Positions 57,472-64,000 of a stretch of 64,000 nt of DNA are shown one piece after another. How positions within the stretch are numbered: the first letter of the stretch is position 1; each line of letters opens with the position of its first letter. The DNA is from a virus, in IMG/VR virus record IMGVR_UViG_3300043774_000656, positions 1 through 64,000 of that record. One strand, written 5' to 3'. The notes beneath the pieces are model-generated. The model did no database searches, had not been told where the DNA came from, and saw only the letters and a list, made by a program, of their open reading frames with translations. A program made the position numbers and the translations under genes.

Positions 57472-58567
57472 AGAGATTGACGCCGTACCAGAAAGCAGGA
57501 TTGTCATACAAACACTCAGGTATCTTATAGCCTAAGATGTATTTGCCGGTGGCAGTGATTGCACTATACATAGAAGTCTTCATTTTATCTATGTCAGATC
57601 CTGATATCTTTAAGCCATAAAAATCTTGAACAAGATTCAGATACATTAAATGTGATGTAATACCATTTTGGCCAGGTTGAGTATTGACCTCAATTAACCA
57701 ATGTTTACCTTCTACATCTACTGCAACGTCAATTGCAAACATATTCATACCTGGACTAACAGATAAAACGTCCTTGACCATATTTGAAATTTCATCTATG
57801 CTTGGGCAATTCTCATCACCATTGTAAATATCAACAGCAGTCCATGTAAATTTAGAACTTTCATTATCTGCAATCTCATCATGTGATGAACCTTCTGCAA
57901 CACGTAGAGACATTGCTTTTTCGTTTGCTGGTGTTCTAAGTGACAGGGAAAGTAACTTAGGCGTCTGATCTTTTTTACCTTTAAAGATTATCGCCCTGTA
58001 CTCTTTATCAATCTTGAAAGCTTCTTGATACAGATCATAACTATCTTCAGTAGCTGTAAGCTCTTCATAGGTATCAAATTTCTTGACGCCTTTTGATTGC
58101 CATGAAGCTTCTGCTTTCGCTATGATTGGAAATTTTAAAGTTTTAGTTTCAGCAACACTGAATACTGTCTTAGCAACATACTTACTACCTGCAATATTTA
58201 GTTCCTTATACAGATTGACCTTTCTTAATTTAAGAGAGTCTTCCGGTAAATTATACATTAACTGCGGATTGTAACCAGAGTCAAGCACAGATTGTGTATA
58301 TGTAGTAACGTAGCCTAGAGCAGGCAGACCGTCATTTATCTTTTTAGTATTACCTATAAAATCAAGTTGCTTGATAACATTGAAAAGATCATGTTGAGCT
58401 ATGTCATAAATTTCATCTATGCCAGTTGCTTTATCAATTCCGAACCAGTGTTCACCAGAAAAGCAATTAACCTTTTTGGCAATCAGCATGTCGAACCTGT
58501 TATCAGGAGCCTCTCTCATATGTGAAAGACCCTCATTTACGAATTGTTTAAACGAATGTAATTTCAT
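57470..58567 (-). CDS. ATP-grasp ligase (RimK-like) with capsid-targeting-like N-terminus
   Basis: MKLHSFKQFVNE leader; FPIIAK....QSKGV, YQEAF...EYR, FAIDV and WLIEVNTQPG motifs. Confidence 0.8.
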   Translation of the reverse strand: MKLHSFKQFVNEGLSHMREAPDNRFDMLIAKKVNCFSGEHWFGIDKATGIDEIYDIAQHDLFNVIKQLDFIGNTKKINDGLPALGYVTTYTQSVLDSGYNPQLMYNLPEDSLKLRKVNLYKELNIAGSKYVAKTVFSVAETKTLKFPIIAKAEASWQSKGVKKFDTYEELTATEDSYDLYQEAFKIDKEYRAIIFKGKKDQTPKLLSLSLRTPANEKAMSLRVAEGSSHDEIADNESSKFTWTAVDIYNGDENCPSIDEISNMVKDVLSVSPGMNMFAIDVAVDVEGKHWLIEVNTQPGQNGITSHLMYLNLVQDFYGLKISGSDIDKMKTSMYSAITATGKYILGYKIPECLYDNPAFWYGVNL

Positions 58568-58830
58568 TAGTACTCTGCGCCTTTTATGTCACCATACATG
58601 ACTTCGACCTGCTTACCTTTTTTATCTAGAGCTTTGAAGCCAACGTTGTTGCCATCATGTATGATGCCATTCTTGTCGTGCATAAAAGATGTGATGAAAT
58701 ATCTCTCATTATCTTTAGTGATAATATCTACCTCATCATGTTTTTTAAGCAAATCTTGTATTATCTCCTGGGTAAAATCAACATCCTTTGTTGATTTTTT
58801 TTCCAAAATAAAATCTCTAAATTTCTTCAT
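58567..58830 (-). CDS. Putative internal head protein
   Basis: MKKFRDFILE start; directly after a late motif and coupled to the ATP-grasp gene. Confidence 0.55.
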   Translation of the reverse strand: MKKFRDFILEKKSTKDVDFTQEIIQDLLKKHDEVDIITKDNERYFITSFMHDKNGIIHDGNNVGFKALDKKGKQVEVMYGDIKGAEY

Positions 58831-58834
58831 GATG

Positions 58835-58842
58835 TATATATC
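58835..58842 (-). promoter_or_regulatory. Putative late promoter GATATATA
   Basis: Motif overlaps the upstream stop and lies 4 nt before the ATG at 58830. Confidence 0.62.
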
Positions 58843-59182
58843 ATTTCATGAAAACCTGTATACAGATGATACCACCGGCAAGCAATAAAGAAAGACCGGT
58901 CTTCAGGTTTACATTTTCACCCATGTAGTAATAAGCCAGAATAGTAAACACAAAAACACCGGTAGCAAAACCTAACATTCTGCCAGGCCATGTGGCACCA
59001 AATCCTTCATAGCTCATTCTTGTTGCATGGATAAACAGATAAGAAATAGGTACACCAAATAGAGATACAAGTAAAGTATTGCTCTTAAACCAGTTAGAGA
59101 TAAACTGACCATTTGATTGATACCAGATAAGTATTTGACCTATCGTAAATAGAGTCATTGAGAGCAAAATGTTCTTATTCAT
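58841..59182 (-). CDS. Small four-helix membrane protein (DMT/SMR-like)
   Basis: 113 aa, four hydrophobic segments, YYMGENVNLKTGLSLLL resembles the DMT/EamA C-terminal pattern. Confidence 0.65.
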   Translation of the reverse strand: MNKNILLSMTLFTIGQILIWYQSNGQFISNWFKSNTLLVSLFGVPISYLFIHATRMSYEGFGATWPGRMLGFATGVFVFTILAYYYMGENVNLKTGLSLLLAGGIICIQVFMK

Positions 59183-59999
59183 TATTCATAAATTTCTTGT
59201 GGTACCAAAATCTACGGCCTTTACTATCTTCAACACTTTCCATTTTACCATAACATTGAAGCCAGTCTCTGAATGATGTATCTGCAAGTCTACCCATCTT
59301 TTCATTGATACGTCCTCTACCATAGCCACGTTTAAATGGATTATCCCAATCTTTAAGTTCACCACCTCCTACTAGATAAGCTTCCTGGCAAACATCATGA
59401 CAAAGCTCAAGCAGGTCATCACTTAAAATCTTAACTGCTGGTAAAAATGGATTGACTCCTGATCTATAAAGGATCTCAGCTCTTAGATAGTTGCCGATAC
59501 CGTTAAAGTATTTTTGATCCATCATTATTTCATAGATGGGCTTTTCGAAAAGCTTTTTATTTGAAGATGACTTGACGTGTTCTACGAAGCCTTCATACTC
59601 TGAAAGCGGGCAAGGGCCTCTCTTATTACTCCAACTTTCAGTCCAGTCCCATTTTGCAAATCGACGGACGTCTACCATCATTAGACTATATCCATCTTCT
59701 CTATAAAATTTAAGATGTGCATGTTTAACCATTTCACCGGGACTGGCAAGATACCAGTTGCCGCTCATGCCCATTGCAAACTTAATGCTACGTTCCTCAC
59801 CTGCCATTGATATTAAGGTAAGCATTAATTCCTTACCTCGGCTTTGGGCCTCAATTGTAAAAGGCATTCCTCCAAATGGATCTTCCATTTGAGTTTTAAC
59901 TTTAGTCTCAGGTGACTTTCTGATGTTAGTGTATATCTGACCTTCTGAAACTGAGTTAATGTACTCAGACATGATTTTGACTTCTGCTAATTCAGGCAT
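59175..59999 (-). CDS. Fpg/Nei-family DNA glycosylase/AP lyase, NEIL1-like with zincless finger
   Basis: True start MPELAEV at 59999; RGKEL, GMSG, DVRRF and H2TH motif DQKYFNGIGNYLRAEILYR; no C4 zinc finger. Confidence 0.92.
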   Translation of the reverse strand: MPELAEVKIMSEYINSVSEGQIYTNIRKSPETKVKTQMEDPFGGMPFTIEAQSRGKELMLTLISMAGEERSIKFAMGMSGNWYLASPGEMVKHAHLKFYREDGYSLMMVDVRRFAKWDWTESWSNKRGPCPLSEYEGFVEHVKSSSNKKLFEKPIYEIMMDQKYFNGIGNYLRAEILYRSGVNPFLPAVKILSDDLLELCHDVCQEAYLVGGGELKDWDNPFKRGYGRGRINEKMGRLADTSFRDWLQCYGKMESVEDSKGRRFWYHKKFMNNE

Positions 60000-60192
60000 C
60001 TGCTTCTTTGCTAGTGAAAATGTAGGTGTTATCAAAATCACCATAAGGTTCACCTAGCGTCACATTAAAATGTTTTCTTAGTTCGGTCAATTCAGACTGA
60101 AGCAAGTTTACACCTAATCTATAAGACGCTTGTGTCTTAAGTCTTTCGTTTACGTGATTGATGATAACTACCAACTTTTCTGGGTTAAACAT
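59992..60192 (-). CDS. Hypothetical protein
   Basis: 66 aa bridging ligase and glycosylase with coupled start and stop. Confidence 0.6.
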   Translation of the reverse strand: MFNPEKLVVIINHVNERLKTQASYRLGVNLLQSELTELRKHFNVTLGEPYGDFDNTYIFTSKEADA

Positions 60193-61517
60193 TATTTGAC
60201 ATTATTTATATTGTCGGCTTCTGACTTATCATTCCTGATCTCAATAAACCTAGGTAAGAAAAGGCTATGGTTGCCATGCTTATCCGTAATGCTCAAGTTA
60301 TATTGAATGGCTACGATTTTGCCGATCAGCTCATTCTTATTTATCAAACCATTGAACATTTCAAGATCAGCATCAGTAAAGCCAGAACCAACGTCTACTC
60401 TCAATTTGCCAGTAGAGTCAGATACACAGAGACTGCCAACATAACCTGTACGTCGACCTTCACCTGGGATCCAGCCTGTAACAATTAAGTCACAGTCATT
60501 AACTTCCTTAAGCTTGATCCAGTTTCTGCTACGTTTACATTCATACACTGCATCAGTTTTGCAGATAACACCTTCACCGCCGTTCTTAACAATTTCTTTA
60601 TACTGATCCATCATCTCATTGACGCTATTGAAAGTCCAACGCTCTGATAGACAAATATGCTTACAGTTTTCTGTCAGATGTAACCACAGCAAATCAAGAA
60701 CATTTCTACGATCAGTATACTTTATTTTACCTTTACCTGCAGTAAGTACCTTTTCTTCCTCAAAGTCAAATATGTTGAACATGAACTCTTTAGAAATTTC
60801 TCCATCTACTTTACCCTTGAGCATTCTGTTCAGTTTACCTGATACTGACTTGCGATCATGGTCAGTTAGCTCACCATCAAAGAACCAGCCTTCAAAATCA
60901 AAGTTAGGATTTGAGGCTACCATCTTATGAAGCTCGATATTCACATACTTCATATGTTCAGTAGGTACCTGATTGAAGTTTCTGGTAAAATACTGGAAGT
61001 CACCGTCTTTATAGATTGCAATAATACGAACTCCGTCATATTTATGCTCACAGTAGATGGTGTCCCATTTTTCAATAAGCTCTACGTCATCTTCTGAAAG
61101 CATCAAGCTTGGGTTAGGTATCAGCTCACGTCCTACAGCTTTATTGATAGACTTAGCCTGTATACCTATGTTGAGGTTCTTAGTAAGTACATCATAAAGT
61201 GTTTGTTGCAATTCAGATGGGAAACTAGATATAACCCAGTGTGCCTCTTCGCGCAATTCTTTATTTGCAGACTTAGCGTCTTTAAGTTTTTGTACTAGAT
61301 CTTTAACCGCCTTAAATGTATCTGAAGTCCCAAATACAATTCCTACTTCCATGTCTAGCTTATTAAGCTTGGTAGTAATAAATGGGTTGTATGCAACCTC
61401 AAGTAGAAACTCCAATTCAGGAGTTAGATTCTGCTTAAGTATACGCTGCATCTGGTCCTGTGAACCTTTACCAGTACAGGCTGCAATTTTTTGCAATGTC
61501 TCTAATGCTTTAATCAT
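60192..61517 (-). CDS. ATP-dependent DNA ligase
   Basis: KYDGVR, FDGEL, FNIFD, EGVICK, WIKLK, VGSGF and LFLPRF...RNDK motifs. Confidence 0.95.
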   Translation of the reverse strand: MIKALETLQKIAACTGKGSQDQMQRILKQNLTPELEFLLEVAYNPFITTKLNKLDMEVGIVFGTSDTFKAVKDLVQKLKDAKSANKELREEAHWVISSFPSELQQTLYDVLTKNLNIGIQAKSINKAVGRELIPNPSLMLSEDDVELIEKWDTIYCEHKYDGVRIIAIYKDGDFQYFTRNFNQVPTEHMKYVNIELHKMVASNPNFDFEGWFFDGELTDHDRKSVSGKLNRMLKGKVDGEISKEFMFNIFDFEEEKVLTAGKGKIKYTDRRNVLDLLWLHLTENCKHICLSERWTFNSVNEMMDQYKEIVKNGGEGVICKTDAVYECKRSRNWIKLKEVNDCDLIVTGWIPGEGRRTGYVGSLCVSDSTGKLRVDVGSGFTDADLEMFNGLINKNELIGKIVAIQYNLSITDKHGNHSLFLPRFIEIRNDKSEADNINNVK

Positions 61518-61518
61518 A

Positions 61519-61818
61519 TTATGCGTGTGTATGTTCTAATTGAAAAGTTAACTCTAATCCCCATGGGAGTTTATAAGCAGTGAAACCGCCTGTGCCTACG
61601 TTTGTAACGTCTGCTTTATCATAGATAGCCCTTGTCAAAAGATCCCTTGCCGTAAAGCGTAAATCGTCCATATCTGGTACTTCCATTCTTCCGTCACCCT
61701 TATACCATTTCCAGTCCTTTTCCTGCATGTGGTTTAACACCGCTTCGAAGTTAAAGCTTTTCATAATGTCGTAAGCTTTTTTCTCAAGTTCAGAATCTGT
61801 GAATTTTTCGTGTGCCAT
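61519..61818 (-). CDS. Hypothetical protein
   Basis: 99 aa downstream of a host-type promoter motif. Confidence 0.65.
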   Translation of the reverse strand: MAHEKFTDSELEKKAYDIMKSFNFEAVLNHMQEKDWKWYKGDGRMEVPDMDDLRFTARDLLTRAIYDKADVTNVGTGGFTAYKLPWGLELTFQLEHTHA

Positions 61819-61840
61819 GTTGATTATGTTTATTGTTATG

Positions 61841-61874
61841 GTGTAAATATAACTAGACTAGGTTCAATCTGAAA
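61841..61874 (-). promoter_or_regulatory. Putative early (Bacteroidota primary sigma type) promoter
   Basis: TTTC-N19-TATATTTA; shares the exact 13-mer GTTATATTTACAC with the site at 62460-62472. Confidence 0.62.
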
Positions 61875-61888
61875 GTTATTTGCAGATT

Positions 61889-62458
61889 TTACTTTTTCCA
61901 GTTATTGAAAGCCCATGAGACATCTTCTGAAACATGAGCTTTAGGTTGAGATGGTTCGTACTTACTATAAGGATTGTAGACAGGCTTGCTGGTCTGTTCA
62001 GGCTTTAAGCTTGCAGCCATTGATTTCAGTATACTGAATAGTCTGTGCGACTGGCCTATACTGATAATACTGTCTCTAACGTTTTTATAAATGAAAGCAC
62101 TTGCTGATTCATAACCTTCGTTTTCCAGCAAGTCAATTACTTTAGCACCGACTTCATTGAATACGTCTTCAGAAGGATTAAGGACTGGAGCAACTTTGCA
62201 AATACCAATACCGCTAAGCTTCTGTTTATCGGATTTGCCGGACATCATTCCTCGCATTACACCAAAGCCACTACGTCTTGAGGCTTTATTGATAAGCTCT
62301 GCTGTCTGCTTATCTACTGGTTGAACTGTGTTGCCGGTTTTGTGATATACGATATCTACACAACCATAAGACTCTACTGTACTACAAGTTACGCAAACTT
62401 TATAGCCAAGTTCTGCCCTTTTTACAGGCATGTCGTTTTTACATTTCGCACATTTCAT
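61889..62458 (-). CDS. C4 zinc-finger protein (DksA/TraR-type finger at the N-terminus)
   Basis: CAKC...MPVKRAELGYKVCVTC. Confidence 0.65.
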   Translation of the reverse strand: MKCAKCKNDMPVKRAELGYKVCVTCSTVESYGCVDIVYHKTGNTVQPVDKQTAELINKASRRSGFGVMRGMMSGKSDKQKLSGIGICKVAPVLNPSEDVFNEVGAKVIDLLENEGYESASAFIYKNVRDSIISIGQSHRLFSILKSMAASLKPEQTSKPVYNPYSKYEPSQPKAHVSEDVSWAFNNWKK

Positions 62459-62459
62459 A

Positions 62460-62493
62460 GTGTAAATATAACAAGCATCTTTTGCCTGTCAAA
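62460..62493 (-). promoter_or_regulatory. Putative early (Bacteroidota primary sigma type) promoter
   Basis: TTTG-N19-TATATTTA, versus the Bacteroidota consensus TTTG-N19-21-TAnnTTTG. Confidence 0.68.
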
Positions 62494-62500
62494 GAAATCT

Positions 62501-63130
62501 TCAGAAAAGTGAGTTGCTGTTATTTTTAGATATAACATAGTTGGAAATAAATGTAGTCCTGTGATGAACAGTAGGCCCATTTTCCAATAGGGCTTCACGA
62601 TGATCTGCAGTGCCATAACCTTTATTGCTTTCCCATTTATAAACAGGAAACTGTTCAGCAAGTCTGGTCATATAGCCATCTCTTTCGACTTTAGCCAAAA
62701 TAGAAGCTGCAGCAATTGAATAGTAGTTAGCATCACCTTTAACTACACAGGTATGCGGTATACTTCTGTAACCGTTAAACTTATCACCATCAACTATAAT
62801 ATGCTCAGGTGTTTGACCAAGACCGTCAAGAGCTTTATGCATAGTTTTAAAGGTGGCCTGAAGTATGTTGAAAGTATCTATTTCATGAACAGAACCATAG
62901 GCTACAGAATATGCTATGGCGTTCTTCTTAATTATTTCCACTGCCTCTAACCTTTGCTTCTCTGAAAGCTTTTTAGAGTCTTTAACCAGAGGATGGCTAA
63001 AATCTTTAGGTAGGATAACAGCTGCGGCAACTACAGGTCCAGCAAAGCAACCTCTACCTACTTCATCAACGCCTGCTTCTATACAGTCCTGTAAAAATGG
63101 CTTAAGTTTAGTCAATGTTTTTTGTGTCAT
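62501..63130 (-). CDS. rnhB: Ribonuclease HII
   Basis: GVDEVGRGCFAGPV, DSKKL, VDG, KGD, IAAASILAKV.RD and NKGYGT motifs. Confidence 0.95.
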   Translation of the reverse strand: MTQKTLTKLKPFLQDCIEAGVDEVGRGCFAGPVVAAAVILPKDFSHPLVKDSKKLSEKQRLEAVEIIKKNAIAYSVAYGSVHEIDTFNILQATFKTMHKALDGLGQTPEHIIVDGDKFNGYRSIPHTCVVKGDANYYSIAAASILAKVERDGYMTRLAEQFPVYKWESNKGYGTADHREALLENGPTVHHRTTFISNYVISKNNSNSLF

Positions 63131-64000
63131 ACATCATAAAATAAAGTTCATGCTTAGGTCGGGTAATAGCAACGTAATGTACATTCATAGACTCTTGGTC
63201 CTCAACATCACCTGGGTCAAATGAAACACTCTTAAGTTCCTTTTCATCTAGTTCAAGACCATTATGTTGTATGATGTCAGGTGAAATTGAATTGACTACA
63301 ACACAGGTTGGAAACTCTCGACCTTTGCTCTTGTGAATGGTAGTAATGAAAGTTTTGCTCTCACTGTTCTCGTCTATAAACTGTATCAGCTCACTACCTT
63401 TACCAAAATCTGGCAAGATTCTTTTAAGCTTCCTGTTTAACTGAGGTGTCACACCTTCCTTTTTTCTAATAACATCTAGTTCATCTTTTGTAAAAACGTT
63501 CTGATACTTCATAGGTATCTTTTTAAGCAGGAACTTTTCTTCAAGACTTCTGATAACACTATTTGTTCTGGCCAATATCACAACCTCTTTCTTCTTCATT
63601 AACTTAAGAAGTTCATTTTCATCTATAAGATTCATGTGTACTTTACCTGGCTTATCAGAATGTGCCACTGCTTCAAGCGAACTGTAAGAGTTAGAATGCT
63701 CTACAATATTATAATCTGATCTGAAGTTTTTAGACAGACTGTACTCAACTGTAGTCTTATCTTGCTTAAGTAGCTTTTCAATCATATCACAATTAGAACC
63801 AGAGAAAGCGTATATGCTTTGGTTACGATCACCGATAAGATGGTAGATTTTTGCTTTAAGCTTTAGTAGGATCTTAAGCTGAAGTGCTGAAGTGTCCTGA
63901 TACTCATCGACGAACACATAATCATATCGCTTATGCATCTCATCATCCCAAGTTTTACTATCAGTAAGACGTAGTGTTTCAACCAGCATGTCAGTAAAGT
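63108..64000 (-). CDS. UvrD/Rep-like superfamily 1 helicase (5' end outside the window)
   Basis: VDEYQD, GDRNQSIY, NFRS, ARTN, TIHKSKGREF and YVAITR motifs. Walker A is absent, so the gene starts beyond 64000. Confidence 0.92.
   Translation of the reverse strand, partial: FTDMLVETLRLTDSKTWDDEMHKRYDYVFVDEYQDTSALQLKILLKLKAKIYHLIGDRNQSIYAFSGSNCDMIEKLLKQDKTTVEYSLSKNFRSDYNIVEHSNSYSSLEAVAHSDKPGKVHMNLIDENELLKLMKKKEVVILARTNSVIRSLEEKFLLKKIPMKYQNVFTKDELDVIRKKEGVTPQLNRKLKRILPDFGKGSELIQFIDENSESKTFITTIHKSKGREFPTCVVVNSISPDIIQHNGLELDEKELKSVSFDPGDVEDQESMNVHYVAITRPKHELYFMMYDTKNID

Noticed and set aside
60000-60053. 18-aa N-terminal extension of the glycosylase ORF
   Set aside because: Fpg/Nei enzymes need the catalytic Pro at position 2, so the start is the ATG at 59999; the extension overlaps the upstream gene.
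552-62661. Short alternative-frame minus-strand ORFs (552-746, 31187-31372, 62455-62661)
   Set aside because: Nested in or largely overlapping well-supported genes, with no motifs.
2638-63224. All plus-strand ORFs in the ORF track
   Set aside because: Each lies antisense to a longer, credible minus-strand gene, has shadow-like composition and shows no recognisable motif.
1-64000. Stop-codon reassignment as seen in some large Bacteroidota phages
   Set aside because: Genes are full length and tightly packed under the standard code; TAA, TGA and occasional TAG all occur at natural gene ends.
1-64000. tRNA genes, CRISPR array or transposon
   Set aside because: Intergenic gaps are nearly all under 110 bp, and I saw no cloverleaf, repeat-spacer pattern, transposase or integrase by eye; tRNAscan would be the formal check.

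Overview
AT-rich, gene-dense 64 kb segment of a large T4-like (myovirus-type) phage genome. Every credible gene is on the minus strand and reads in the standard code. The host is probably in Bacteroidota: there is an Hc1-like histone gene, TTTG-N19-TAnnTTT(G/A)-type promoters and A-rich translation starts without Shine-Dalgarno sites. By coordinate, the window holds: (1) a replication and nucleotide block with a family B DNA polymerase split into two genes, a probable sliding clamp, Hc1, class II RNR and dUTPase; (2) a cluster of proteins with T4-style capsid-targeting motifs, including an intact ligase-fold enzyme and a three-domain protein (degenerate ligase fold, HxGH nucleotidyltransferase, nuclease-like domain); (3) UvsW, UvsY, primase, gp32-like SSB and a RuvC-like resolvase; (4) a ~35 kb tail/baseplate/neck block interrupted by an amidoligase and a 4-domain ribosomal protein S1; (5) a fibre, dCMP deaminase and a capsid-tagged ATP-grasp ligase; (6) a repair block with a Nei glycosylase strongly resembling animal NEIL1, DNA ligase, RNase HII and UvrD. 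Three distinct promoter-like motif classes can be read from the intergenic DNA. All assignments come from motif recognition by eye and no searches were run. No tRNA, CRISPR array or mobile element was seen.
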